From: Squalus acanthias
Lineage: Eukaryota
Direction of reading: 5' to 3'
Length of the DNA: 64,000 bases
Assembly: GCA_030390025.1 (NCBI GenBank)
Contig: CM059425.1
Location: 164,984,001 to 165,048,000 of the forward strand
The notes below the pieces were generated by a model. The model ran no database searches. It was not told the origin of the DNA and worked only from the letters and a program-made list of their open reading frames with translations. Numbering within the stretch: position 1 is the first letter of the stretch; each line of letters opens with the position of its first letter. Position numbers and translations under genes: made by a program. Shown in pieces: positions 25,427 to 38,379 of the stretch.

Positions 25427-26319
25427 GGGGGATAAATTCAGTATCGCCCCGTTTGGGGCGCAATTATCGGCCGGGCGCAAAGATTAGTGCCTAGCGCTAA
25501 TTATCGCCTCCGACTGCAAACTTGACTTTTATCGCCCCTGGAGGTGATTGGAGCGCTAAATCAGGCGCTACACATCTGTCTTAAGGCGCAAAGGCCGAGG
25601 AGCGAGGCGCTAACTCAGAGCGCTGGCGAAGCTCATGCGATGTCAGTCAGCAATGGAACACAGACACAATGGCCCTGGCCAGTTCTTAAAGGGGATGGTT
25701 GATTTTGCTTTCCATCCACATCCTGCGCATTGCAGCCTTGAATCTCGGCCTGGAGAGACCTGTACATCAAATCTGCTGGAAAGAACAATGGAGAGTACCA
25801 AGGAAAGAGCTCAGAGTGCAGCCCCCACAGTCTCTTCTAAATCGATACAAGGAAGGGCAAATCAAAATGAACCTGCAAAGTGCTGCTCAGTGCCCAAAAC
25901 TCCTTCACACAGCGATGAATCTCTCCAGAAGTCTCTCTCTCTCTCTCTCAGAATGCGTGGTTCAAAAATGTCGCCAACAAAAAAAGGCAGGAAGTGGTCG
26001 CCTTTAAATAGCGCTCCCCCAGTCCCTTCCTGACTGCAAAACGCTCCCCTCAACCTGTCGTTGCTAGCGGCAGGCGGTAAGGCAGGGGGCGCCACTCAAT
26101 ATCTGGTCCGGGGTGCTACCGGGGCGTTGCGCACTCGACTGACGTCACGATCTGCCGGCGCAGGAGATTGTGGTGGTACTGTTTAGCGCCGCTGCAAAAT
26201 GTCGAGTTAATTTCGCGAGCGGCGCAAAAATCGCTGCGCCCGGGTGCTAGTTGCTTTTCGCCCCATTCGCGCCCTCTTTAGGCGCTAACGGGAGGTGCAA
26301 CCAACTGAATTTTTCCCCC
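25427..26319. mobile_element. Harbinger MITE, 893 bp
   Basis: TIRs GGGGGATAAATTCAGT / ACTGAATTTTTCCCCC with 3-bp TSD TCT. Same length as the inverted copy at 62245-63137. Confidence 0.93.
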
Positions 26320-26499
26320 TCTATGTTTAAAACAATTCTCATGGTAACTGCAGCTTTAAGAAAAGCTCATATTAGGTAAACTCTTACACCTATCTTATCC
26401 TGCATTGTCACTCTATTGCAAAATATTAAAATAATTTGAATATTATTTTAAAAATACTAGCAGATCTCCTGTGACGTTGTTCATGCTGAGTATATATCA

Positions 26500-26644
26500 T
26501 GAATTTCCACAGGGAGTTTCCCGCTGCTCTGCCATAACTTTGGTGGAAGAACCGTGGAAACCCTGGGAAAATATTTTCTGGGGTTTCCTCAGCTCTTCTG
26601 CTGAAACTATGGCAAACAAATGGGAAAACTCATGTGGAAATTCA
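26500..26644. repeat. ~145-bp imperfect fold-back palindrome (hairpin MITE)
   Basis: Arms tgaatttccacagggagtttccc...ggaaaccc and gggtttcc...gggaaaactcatgtggaaattca are reverse complementary around an atat centre. Confidence 0.75.
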
Positions 26645-27060
26645 CCCTGATATTAAAATAGTGTTGTTTATACCGTGACATAAACATGAAGACCACAGAT
26701 TTATAACATTGAAAAGTCAAATTCGATTTTTATTTGGTATTCTGGGCGTTTTACTGCTGCTTTGCGGATGGAATTCCATGACTCTGACCATCATTCTCTG
26801 AAAACTGTAAATGAAACCCTGGAAAGAAACATAAATTTTCAGTGACATCAGGATGGAAGGGGATAGGCACAAGAAGCGCCCACACCCCGTCTGCGGTATT
26901 TTACAATTCTTAAAAAAAACAGGTGTGGTCATCTCGTAGAACCCAGTCCCAAATTCCGCCTTCCCTCCTTCATCCGCTGAGCATGGGCCCTCTTAGCCCT
27001 AGTAATTTCATGGCTGCGAAGTTGTGTTCAATAGTTTGAAATGAAGTATCAAAATAGGTC

Positions 27061-27402
27061 ATTTTTGTTATTTGTTCTCTCGACATGGATGATGCTAGCA
27101 AGGCCACATTTATTGACGATCTCTAGTTTCCCTGAGAAGGTGATGGGCTTTCTCCTTTAACAGTTGTAGTCCTTATGTTGATAATGCTCCCATGGTGGTG
27201 TTCGGTCAGGAATTCCAGGGTTTTGACCCAGCAATAATGAAGGAGCAGTGATATATGTTCACGTCAGGATGGTGTGTGACTTTGAGGTGATGGTGTTCCC
27301 ACAACATTGTTGCTCTTGTCCTTCTGGACTCTGTGTCCAGTGCACTTAGCCATTTATTAATGGCATGTGGAGTAAATGGAAATGGTTGAACTTCTTGTGA
27401 TT
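27061..27402 (-). mobile_element. Family B LINE 3' fragment
   Basis: Reverse complement of the 6600-6830 tail (SFIIAGSKPWNS). Confidence 0.75.
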
Positions 27403-27460
27403 TCCAGAGTCCCTCTTTAATATATCTTTTTAAATTGTTTAAACAATGCTGTTTTATAAT

Positions 27461-28185
27461 GGCCTTCAAATTGCGGTGTCTGCGATGGTGTACTCTAACA
27501 GCACGCCGTTGTATTCCCTTTGAAAGGCCCCGCAAGTTCCATATTTCCACATGCGCATGCGAAAAATCCGGAACTTGCTATCTGTCAAAGTACGCCTTGA
27601 CAGATCATCCGAACCGCCTGAAAACTGAGTATTGCTGGCTACTTGCTCAACAACTGGCCAGCAATTGCGCACGCAACTCTTACGGCTGGTAAAAGCAGGC
27701 GTAGGGCCTGCTTGCATCAGCGTAAGGGTATATATAAATAAAACATTTAAAAATCCAAAATTATGCACATACACGTTATTAAATGAGTTTATGCAAATAT
27801 GGCCTGGATTACAGTCTTAATGATGTGTGAAATTATCAAAAAATTTAATTTTTATTGAGTTTGGTGGAATGAAGGAACTTATGATTAAAATTAAAATTCT
27901 GTTAATTGTATAATTTTTACATTTTGGCATTCCATTGCATATCATTAGAGGATTCCCTTCGTAAATGATTGCAATGGAATTCTCCTTCATCATTGGAGGA
28001 CCAGCCCACGTGATCCCAGGGATGCTTCCGAACCACCTGGGATCCATGGGGCATTATACTGCCCTCCGCCTTGAGGCCTGAGACTGCAACTCTTCGCAGC
28101 CTGGGCACCAGGAGGTAATTTTGTAAATGTTTTGAAGGTCGGAGGCATATTCTGGAGGTACGCCTTCGACCACAATTTCTAGGCC
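27461..28185. mobile_element. Harbinger-type MITE
   Basis: TIRs GGCCTTCAAATTGCGG / CCACAATTTCTAGGCC, flanks AAT / ATT. Internal motifs shared with 24456-25211. Confidence 0.8.
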
Positions 28186-29798
28186 ATTATGTTATATAGA
28201 TTGCATTGTTTAATTCAAAAGTTACCCTTATTGAAATGATGTAGTGAATTTGCCGTACAACCTACACACTGAGGAGACCATTAGGATACTTTTAATTGAG
28301 CTGTTTTGAAAGAAGCATGACATTGTTTTTGAGGCTGATGCTCTCCAAGACATGTGTGTGCCACTTTATAAAGTGCTACAGATCACATTGGTTTCCCAAA
28401 AATAATTAATTACACAGCTAGCGATGCTTCAGAAAATCGTGAGTGTTAAAGTTAGGGACCCTAATTTTGAACATGATGAGGTACAATTAATATAGAGAAA
28501 TAACATCCATTGGACTGCTTTAACTGAAGTAAAAAATAAATATACAGTGAGAACAAATAATATTGTACTACCTCTCCATTTGTCAAGTGGGTCTAGCCAG
28601 CATTTGCTGCTCTGCACCATGGGTTATGGCTTCTCCTGTCTCACTGAGAGTGAGAAACTGCATGTGTACATTAAAAATTAGCTGTGGAAACTTGTGAAGT
28701 GATTCAAGAATTCTAAAGTTTGAATGACAGTGCCTGGGATCAGATTCTATGCTTAATTTGGAACCTGAATGTGGATGGAGCAGATGCTAAGCCCAAGTGC
28801 TAACTGAATAAGATGCAAATGGTTAATATGCATGCGCAATGTTGCAGTGATTGCCTCACAAATTCAATCTTTCAGCATAATTATCAAGATAACTGTTAAG
28901 AGTGAGAATTGTGTTATCAAAAAGAATGGGACTGATTACAAAGCTGTTTAAACATGTGGTGAGGTGGGGGGGGTGGTTTCCCCAATACTTTAGGTGCTAA
29001 AGAGCCTCCGAGGTGGTCAAGATGGGGTCTTGAGCTGCAACACTGGTTTAGCCCACCTTTAGCACCATACGACACCTTGGTAAAGGAGTTGAAGCGCGTG
29101 CTAGGAGCAGCCACCCCGAGGATCGTTGAGGCTCTGACTGTCAATTAAATTGGCTGCTAGCACTCATTAAAGAGGCTGCACGCCATTTTGCTGGTTAGCG
29201 CTGCAATTAACGACCTCTCCTAACAGCGACCAGCTGAACAGGAGTAGTCGTTGCTGAGGATTTTGAGCACTACTTAAAGTCATGTTCAGCTTTCACTGTT
29301 CACTTGCTGTTGGAGATTGACTGACTACACTGCATTTGAAGAGGACTTTTAAGACACATCGGGAGATTTTCTGGGACACTTTGTTAAGACTTCACCAACA
29401 CTCTATCGACATTTATTCCGGACATTCTCTGAGGACTTCACCTAAAGAGAGTGAGTGGTGTGCTACTCTACCTTTTTGGAGACCTTTTAGGAGTCACCAG
29501 GATAAAGGGAGTGCTTGGTCATGGGCATCTTGCTAGGGGTCTGCCTTGGTTCGGAGGAGGAATGGGAGGAGGGGGTGAGGCCAGGCAGAGCAACACCAGC
29601 TGCTGCAGGAGAGATGGACAGGAGGGCGAGGTGGGCTCCAGATTTGTTCTGACTTGCTGCATGCTCCACAACTGGCGATCATGAGAGACTAGCCGTTGCC
29701 ACCAGCAATTGTGCCAGAGGATCAAGCTGAGGAGCCACAAGAGGAGGAGGAAGACGAAGAGGAGGAGGACCAGGGGGAGCACCAGAGGGTTCCAAGTA

Positions 29799-30361
29799 CA
29801 GGAAACTCTTTATTAACCGGCACCGACGGGACCGGCGTGGTGCCGGTTAATCAAAAAGTCCGGATAACGGAGAGTTATATCTCCCAACGTACGAGAGCCC
29901 CGTACACATTGACATGCGCCTGCATTCGGAGCTCCGTCTCCCCGGGGACCGCCAGCTGACCATCTGTCGTGTCTGCTGCCTACCCGGGCTGCACATTCCC
30001 CTCCCAATCTACACGCTCCGATACAAGGCAAACGCCTCGGGGTTTTTTTTAAAGTTAATTTTAAACGAGAGATGAAGGAAAACCCCGGTTACCTACTCAA
30101 GAATTTTGCCGGTTGTGGTAACACAATACAGCTTCCTGTGACTCGAACTTTATTGCATCACTTCCTGTGATTAGTCCAGGATAAATACTGGACTGATCAG
30201 TTGGATCCTGGAGAGGCATAGAGTAAGACCTCTTTTGTATGTAGCACCTTTTTAGTTGATTAAAGCTTACTTTAAGTTCACCACGCGTAAGGCTCATTCT
30301 TACGACACCGGTTAAGAGAGATTTCCGGATATTTGGGTGCCGGTTAATAAAGAGTTTCCTG
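29799..30361. mobile_element. Tigger/pogo-like MITE
   Basis: Perfect 26-bp TIR CAGGAAACTCTTTATTAACCGGCACC, with TA on the left flank. Confidence 0.88.
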
Positions 30362-32111
30362 ATGGCCCACACCTGGGAGGGGCGCGCGCCGCCATCTAAT
30401 TGAAGACCGCTTTTTAGGCATGTCCTCCACCATCAGACTTCGGAGAACTGTTGTCACATGCTTTATCTTCCACGAAGAACCATCAGGAAGTCCATCATCT
30501 GCACTCAATCCTTTCAACCCCTTCCCCCCTGAAGATCACAATAAAAAAGACCACCAATTCCACCACTTCCCAATTACTATCATCACTCTTTATTAACAGC
30601 AAAAACAAACAATGAACACATGATGCAACCAACAGCACTTAAAAATCTTAAACTAATTACCCTGGTGCTCACCCTTACTGGCGATCCTATAAGTGCTCTA
30701 ACCTACTCTGGTGCTCAGCACGAGTGGCAGCACCACGCGAGGTGGGTGGCTGCTGGGATTCTGAACAGGGCAGTTCAGATGTCCTCCTGGGACACCCTCG
30801 AGAGACTGTGGGCCCTGATGCCCTGCCTCAGACTGCACCATCTCAGAATGGGCTTCAGCAGTCAGGGCCGCCTGGCTGACAGGCAACTGCCAGGGCAATG
30901 GTGGGGGAGGGAGCAGCAATGCTGCCAACCGGAGAGAGGCCAGAAGGTTCCTGCTCCATGATTCCCACGCCACTACCTTGCGATGTCTGTTCAGCCAGCC
31001 CAGTGATCTGCTAGAGGAGCCCAGAGCCACCACGGAAGCTGTTTTGGCTTCCATTGCAGCACTTTGTCACTCCAAGCAAGCTGTTTGGCGTTCCATGGAA
31101 GCTGCAATGATAGCACTGGAAGCTGCAACATCAGTCACCAGACACTGCAAGGGCTCCACAGGTCACTGCATGGAATTGGCCAGCCTCTTCACGCTGGAGA
31201 GGATGGGTTCCAGGCTCTGTGTCAAGCCACGGGCCAAGCTGGCGGTGGACTCCTCCATCCCCCTAGCCACGACCCGTAAGCTATCAGGCAGGCTCTCCAT
31301 TGCACAATGCATTTGGTTTGGCAAACCCATCCGTTTTCTTCCGAAGCTTGGCCCTGCGAGGTCCTCATCTGACTCCTCTACAGCAGAACTAATATGTGAC
31401 CTTGCCCCCAGCAAGGTGGCACCTGTGGTGTCCCTTCCACCCGGCGTGGCTGCTGCCAACTCGTTCCCGGTGCGTCCCACTGTGAGGATCCCTCTTCTAC
31501 TCTAGCCTCTAAGTTACGTGTGGTGTCGGTCTCTGAGCTGGTGCCTGCGACATTGGTAGCGATTGAGACAGTGCCATTTTCCTCATTCTCCTCCTCCTCT
31601 TCCTCTGGGGGCGAAGTGGCTATTCCTCCTCTTCCAGTTACTCGGGGGGGGGGGGGATTTTTCAATCAAAGCTAGAAGGGTTAGGGTGCAACACGTGTGG
31701 GCACGATAGGAGGATGTGTGTGATGAGACCATATGGCGCTTTGGAGTGAGGATAGCTTCAGGGGATTAGGAATGAGGAATAGTTGTGGATCTGTAAAGAA
31801 GCTGGAGTGGCCACATGCCTCTAGGCGATCTGCCCCCCTGCTCCGCCTGTGGCCACTGCGTCTGCCACTCCCCTCCCAATCACAGCCAGCACTGCCTCCT
31901 CAAAGGGAATGATACCATGCAGTTGTGCTTCGACTCCCCTGGTCAGGTCCTGCTGGTGCTTGTTATGTGCTACCTTGTCCTGGAAGAGAAAAAGTGGTAA
32001 TTGTGAATGAGTGTATTGGCAGGTTTGTTTGTGTGTATGTGTGTGATGCCTCACAAGGTTGAAGACCTGTGAAATGTGTCTGAGGTGTGAGTAGTGCCGA
32101 TGAAGGATGCA

Positions 32112-34345
32112 ATAATATCCCCATCCTCAATGATGGTGGAGCCCAGCACGTGAGTGCAAAAGACAAGGCTGAAGCGTTTGCAACCATCTTCAGCCAGAAG
32201 TGCCGAGTGGATGATCCATATCGGCCTCCTCCTGAGGTCCCCACCATCACATAAGCCAGACTTCAGCCAATTCGATTCACTCCACGCGATGTCAAGAAAC
32301 GGCTGAGCGCACTGGATATAGCAAAGGCTATGGGCCCCGACAACATCCCGGCTATCGTGCTGAAGACTTGTGCTCCAGAACTAGCCGCGCCTCTAGCCAA
32401 GCTGTTCCAGTACAGCTACAACACTGGCATCTATCCGACAATGTGGAAAACTGCCCAGGTATGTCCGGTCCACAAAAAGCAGGACAAATCCAACCTGGCC
32501 AATTACCGCCCCATTAGTCAAGAACATAAGAAATAGGAGCAGGAATAGGCCACTTGGCCCCTCGAGCCTGCTCCGCCATTCAATAAGATCATGGCTGATC
32601 TTGGGCTCAAAGCCACTTCCCCGCCCGCTCCCCATAACCCTTCACTTCCTTATCTTGCACAAATTGTCTATCTCCACCTTAAATGTATTTAATGGCCCAG
32701 CCTCCACAGCTCTCTGGGGCAGAGAATTCCACAGATTTACGACCCTCTGAGAGAAGAAATTCTTCCTCATCTCAGTTCTAAAAGGGCGACTCTTTATTCT
32801 AAAACTGTGCCCCTGCGTTCTAGATTTCCCCAGGAGGGGAAACATCCTCTTTGCATCTACCTTGTCGTGCCCCCTCAGTATCTTATATGTTTCAATAAGA
32901 TCACCTCTCATTCTTCTAAATTCCAATGAGTATAGGCCCAGCCTGCTCAACCTTTCCTCATAAGTCAACCCCCTCATCTCTGGAATTAACCTAGTGAATC
33001 ATCTCTGAATCTACTCTCAATCGTCAGCAAAATGATGGAAGGTGTCATCGACAGTGCTATCAAGCGGCACTTACTCACCAATAACCTGCTCACTGAGGCC
33101 CAGTTTGGGTTCTGCCAAGACCACTCGGCTCCTGACCTCATTACAGCCTTGGTTCAAATATGGACAAAGGAGCTGAATTCCAGAGGTGAGGTGAGAGTAA
33201 CTGCCCTTGACATCAAGGCAGCATTTGACCGAGTGTGGCATCAAGGAGCCCTAGTAAAACTGAAGTCAATGGGAATCAGGGGGAAAACGCTCCACTGGCT
33301 GGAGTCATACCTAGCACAAAGGAAGATGGTTGTGGTGTTTGAAGGTCAATCATCACAACCCCAGGACATCGCTGCAGGAGTTCCTCAAGGCAGTGTCCTA
33401 GGCCCAACCATCTTCAGCTGCTTCATCAATGACCTTCCCTCCAACATAAGGTCAGAAATGGGGATGTTCGCTGATGACTGCACAGTGTTCAGCGCCATTC
33501 ACAACTCCTCAGATAATGAAGCAGTCCATGCCCGCATGCAACAAGACCTGGACGACATTCAGGCTTGGGCTGATAAGTGGCAGGTAACATTCGCGCCACA
33601 CAAGTGCCAGGCAATGACTATTTCCAACAAGTGACAGTCTAACCACCTCCCCATGACATTCAATGGCATTACCATCGCCGAATCCCCCAACATCAACATC
33701 CTGGGGGTCACCATTGACCAGAAACTTAACTGGACCAGCCACATAAATACTGTGGCAACAAGAGCAGGTCAGAGGCTATGGCGAGTGTCTCACCTCCTGA
33801 CTCCCCAAAGCATTTCCACCATCTACAAGGCACAAGTAAGGAATGTGTTGGAATACTCTCCACTTGCCTGGATGAGTGCAGCCCCAACAACACTCAAGAA
33901 GCTCGACACCATCCAGGACAAAGCAGCCCATTTGATTGGCACCCCATCCACCACCTTAAACATTCACTCCCTCCACCACCAACGTACCGTACTGCAGTGT
34001 GTACCATCTACAAGATGTACTGTAGCAACTCACCAAGGCTTCTTCGGCAGCACCTTCCAAACCCGCGACCTCTTCCACCTAGAAGGACAAGGGCAGCAGG
34101 CGCATGGGAACACCACCACATCCAAGTTCCCCTCCAAGTCACACACCATCCCGACTTAGAAATATATCGCCGATCCTTCATCATCGCTGGATCAAAATCC
34201 TGGAACTCCCTACCTAACAGCATTTGGGAGTACCTTCACCACACGGACTGCAGCGGTTCAAGAAGGCAGCTCACCACCACCTTCTCAAGGGCAATTAGGG
34301 ATGGGCAATAAATGCTGGCCTTTCCAGCAACGCCCACAACCCATA
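32112..34345 (+). mobile_element. Family B LINE, containing a minus-strand CR1 tail at 32520-33010
   Basis: Highly similar to 5115-6830. NYRPIS breaks at 32519 and resumes (ctactctcaatc) at ~33011. Confidence 0.92.
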
Positions 34346-35884
34346 AAATGAATTAAAAAAAATAATAATGGGGATTGTGTGACTGTTAGTGTATAGTTAG
34401 ATGGTGGATGCAGTGTGTTGAGGTTGTGCTGCTGGTGGTGGAGCAGTGTGTTTGTGAGATGGGCTCTTACCTTGACCACTCATGTCAAGTCGTTAAATTT
34501 CTTGCCATGTCCTGGGGCAGGGCTCCTGGCTTTTACCTCCTGGGCTATCTCCTCCCACATCCGCTGCATTAGCTGCCTCTGTGGCCTCCTTCCCCCTGCC
34601 CCCTCCCCCCGTGGGTACAGGACAACCCTCCTCCTCTGGAACACCTCCATGAGGACTTCCAGTGCCGCGCCTGCGAACCTGTGCGCCCCCCTCCCTTGGT
34701 CCCTGAGCCATCCTGAAATGTTCCGTTGTGACAGCCAGCGCACTCCACGCCTTCAGTGGAAGTGGGTGTGTGGAGACTACATATACCACTCTAGGAAAAT
34801 TGCAACTAATCAGCGCTTGTGTGCTAAATGTGCAGGTGTCTGTTTTAGTGCCTCAAGGTTCATTGAAATCGTGGTAATTATCAATTAACCCCAACATTGC
34901 AGGCGAAAACCAGACTTTCAAACAGGCATGTCTTATTAGCAAAGCACCCACTTAGCGCCTGTTTTCACCCTTTCCCCGAAATAACCCCCATGAACTTGTG
35001 TTTAGTTTTCAGAGTGATATTTATCAAATTTGGAACGACTTTTAAACCAAAGTGAATGACACTCCCTCCAAACGAGTGAGTCTGGGCAGCATGGTTCAGT
35101 GAGTGAAGATATCCTGAAGCACCACCTGACTTAATGTTGCAGACCACTGATTCTGCCATGAAACCTGTGGACGAGGAACACAAAAAATACCAAAAACAAA
35201 GTAAAACTGATCCTCACAAACTCAGATAAATTGAAGCGATAACAATTTAATAATCCAATGGGGTTCAGATGGTAGTGATTGCAAGGAATTAATATGATTG
35301 CCTACTAATTATTCCTTCCTATCCACCTATAAAAGGAGAGAAAGACACTATACCATCAGGGAAATCCTGAAGGAAGAGAGAAATAAAAGGCTGTTCTTGT
35401 GAATTTTCTACCCAAAAGGGTATGGCCAGTTATGTATTTTTTGTTTTGTATGCCTTCTGGGTGTTCATCTTCTTCTTTCCCTCATAATGCTCTGAATGGA
35501 CATGCATAATGCCGTTAACAAATTGGGGAATGCTGTATTACTTAAATTAAAATTAAATTAAATTAAAATAGTTCAGGTTTCCCCAAGTCACTGCTGGGGA
35601 AATCCTTTCAAGAAATGCAGCCCCTGTTCCTCCCATTATCCACCAAAACCAGATTGTAAGATGGAATTGGCAATGGTGTTGGGGCTGGGGGTCTGGTCGC
35701 AAAGGGGTGGGTGGGGGGCGGGGGGGGGGGTAGGAGTGGTAGGAATAGTGGGGAATTGTATATCTTCGGTAGGCCTTCTTCGCTAATGAGGAAGCTTGTA
35801 TTATTCAAAATATTTCCAATAATAGATTTTGTGAGTTGTTCAGCTTTCTATGCCAAACCCGAGTTGTTTTTGATTAGATAAAGA

Positions 35885-38320
35885 AAGACCTTGCATTTAT
35901 GTAATGCCTTTCACAACCTTAGGATGTCCCAAAGTGATTCACAGCCAATGAAGTACTCTTGAAGTGTAGGAAAACTTGGCAGCCAATTTGCCCACAGCAA
36001 GGTCCCACAAACAGCAATGAGATAAATGCCCAGATAATCTGTTTTAATGAATTAGTTGATGGATACACATTGGCCAGGACACCAGGAGAACTCCCCTACA
36101 TCTATCTGAATAGTGCTGTGGGATCTTTTACATCCACCTGAGAGAGCAGACCTGTTTAGAGGCCTAGAAATTCCCTACCTTACCGCCATCCATTTGCGCC
36201 GTGTTACTGCAAAAAATGGCGGCTGCCTCACTTTCGGTGCGGGACACGGCGGCCGCCATTTTGGTGAGGTCAATAGCGCTGCGTTGCAGCGCTGGCCTCT
36301 CAAATTCAAACGGGCAGATCGTGATGTCAATCGGCGTGCGATTTGACATGCGACTGCTATTTTTGATGCTGCCGCACGCCATAACGCACTCTCCAAACTG
36401 CGGACAGAAGAACGTGTGTAGCAGCACTGCAGAGACGCTGTCAGCACTTCTTAAAGGGACACACACATCTTGCAGGTAAGTTTGGATTGTTTCTTTTATA
36501 TTTTACTGAAGTAGTGTATTGATGCAATACATTAAAAAAGTTGTTAAAGTGTGCAGGGAGTGCTGCTGGATGCTTGCAAGGCCTCGGATGATAAAGGAAG
36601 GCCTCTCAGAAGACAGAAAATGCTGGAAATACTCAGCAGGTCAGGCAGCAGCTGTGGAGAGAGAAACAGAGTTAACGTTTCAGGTTGAGATGCTCCCTGA
36701 CCTTCTGAGTATTTCCAGCATTTTCTGCTGTTATTTCAGATTTCCAGCATCTGCAGTATTTTGCCTCTGAGAAGACCACTTGCTCACAGTCCTGCGGGGC
36801 ACATGGAGATGAAGCAAAGGGGATAAGCTGCTCGGAGAGGGAAGAAGAAGAAGCAGAACAGGAAGAAGCAGAAGAGGAGGAAGCGGAAGGAAGGATGCAA
36901 CCCTGACTGCCCCTTTCTGGCCGGGATACAACCCCAATTCCTCTTTCAACATTTGTCCCACACCTTATCTTCCCTCTGTTACTGACCATCACAGCGTCCT
37001 TTTGGCCACAATGCTGAAATAAAAGCTGCCACAAAGCAATCTTTTCAATCCAACTTTATCCAATATGACATCAAGAAATCAACTAATCACCCTTCTGCAT
37101 TCTCTTAGTGACTGCCTTGCGTGTGCCTTTGCCTATCCTGGTGATGTCACGCGTGCTACCCCAGTGGCTGCAGCATGGCTGGTGGAAGGCTGCTGCCTTT
37201 CGGTGGGGGACACTGCAAATGGCCTTGCTGGAGGAGCTGGTGGCTGGGAGTATGAAATCGAATGACGGTGCTTCTTCTTTTTCACTCTCCTCTCCCTCTT
37301 CTTGATCAATCACGGCTGGGCAGGCTGGATTTCTTGGGTATCTGAAATGCGAAGGCACAAGGGTAGGGTTGTGGTGAGGGGAGGGCGGGAAAGCAAGAGG
37401 TGTATGCTTACACCATGCGCAGCTTGTGCATCAGAAGATATTGTGGGATGAGGGATTTGGTCGAGATTGTTGGTAGGTGAGTGATGGGGGGAGGGGGGTC
37501 GTGCATTGAGCAGCGTGTGAGGCTAGTGGTGCAGTTGATAGAAGATGGCTTTTGAAGATGCATTCACTGACCTTGATCACTGGTCTGAGGTCATGAAACT
37601 TCTTTGGGTACTGGAGCCAGGTCTTGGGGGCGACACTGCTGGCAATGACGGCTTCGCCAATCTGGTCCCATACCCTTCTTTCTGGAGGGCCTCCTGGCCC
37701 CTGTGGGTAGAGGACCTCTCTTCCACTTTTGACCCCTGCACAAAGCTGGAGTGCTGTGTGCGAGACCCTGGGTGCCCCTTGCCTGGCCTGTTGAGCTATT
37801 TGTGTTACTGTTGAAGACCTTTTACCATTTTTTACACGCAGAAGGCAGTTCAACTTAAAGAGCTGAAGACTGCCATTTTGGAATTATTTTTAATGTTTTT
37901 TCTTCCAGAAGGCAGTTGAGTTCTAAGGGCTAGAGAATGCCTATTTTAAAAAAAAATTATTTTAGAAGGCAGTTCCCCTTTAGGGCTCGAGACTGCTTTC
38001 TAAAATGACAGCCTTGCTTTAAGAAAAGGCTGCTCGCTCCAGAGACGCTACGGCCACATTACATTGGGCCTCCTGCTGAGCGCACAGCCTGAGACAGTGC
38101 ATTCCACACTAGGCTGTGTGCTCCAATCATTCAAATCAGCAGGCAGCACCAACATAATGGGCGCGAGCAAACCTTGTCCTGCACTGGCACTGCCCGTTTT
38201 CAGACCTTATTGGATTTCTAGGCCAGAGTCTCTTCTGAAACATGGTTCATCCGACAGTACAGCACTCCCTCTAGTACCGCACTGAAATGTCACCTTAGAT
38301 TATATGCTCAAGTTTCTGGA
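35885..38320 (-). mobile_element. tRNA-derived SINE split by the Harbinger element at 36161-38224
   Basis: Both flanks (35885-36157 and 38225-38320) are reverse complementary to successive parts of the SINE family at 49822-50125. Confidence 0.7.
36161..38224. mobile_element. Non-autonomous Harbinger element with a Myb exon remnant (minus, ~37560-37790) and a Penelope-derived inverted insert (36610-36767)
   Basis: TIR GGCCTAGAAAT at both ends, TSD AGA/AGA. Motif REVLYP...WDQI...KTWLQYPKKFHDL. Confidence 0.9.
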
Positions 38321-38379
38321 TAATTGGTTGCCATTTAAAGTCAGTGATATTTTTGATGGTGTAGGCACATTTCTTCTAT

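Larger units (their letters stand above)
28967..34989. mobile_element. Internally deleted Harbinger element with a Myb gene remnant (minus; exons near 34720-34470, 31980-31830, 31640-30650) and nested inserts
   Basis: Termini GGGGGTGGTTTC / GAAATAACCCCC, flanks GTG / ATG. Transposase C-terminal scrap CCMLHN plus an acidic tail at 29655-29770. Myb motif RF...LEVL...W.EIA.EV...KKFNDL. Confidence 0.75.
26690..35500 (+). pseudogene. Decayed, apparently intronless multi-Ig-domain type I membrane protein gene, split by TE insertions (pieces ~26690-27060, 27403-27460, 28186-28966, 34990-35500)
   Basis: Manual translation in order gives: signal-like RFLFGILGVLLLLCGW; V-like TVNETLERNINFQ*, KYQNR, FNISF*I; C-like EC..EVQLI*RN...LLLCTMGY...EKLHVY; QCLGS...GWSR...DYKAV*TC; KPK..PP.RVSLGSMVQ...LLIIPS...HYT..GNPEG; then TM QLCIFCFVCLLGVHLLLSLIML. 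Many stops and frameshifts. Confidence 0.6.

Noticed and set aside
25635..26033. ~130-aa ORF recurring in the three 893-bp family copies
   Set aside because: Recurrence reflects recent copy identity, it runs through a (CT)n microsatellite, and it has no recognisable domain.
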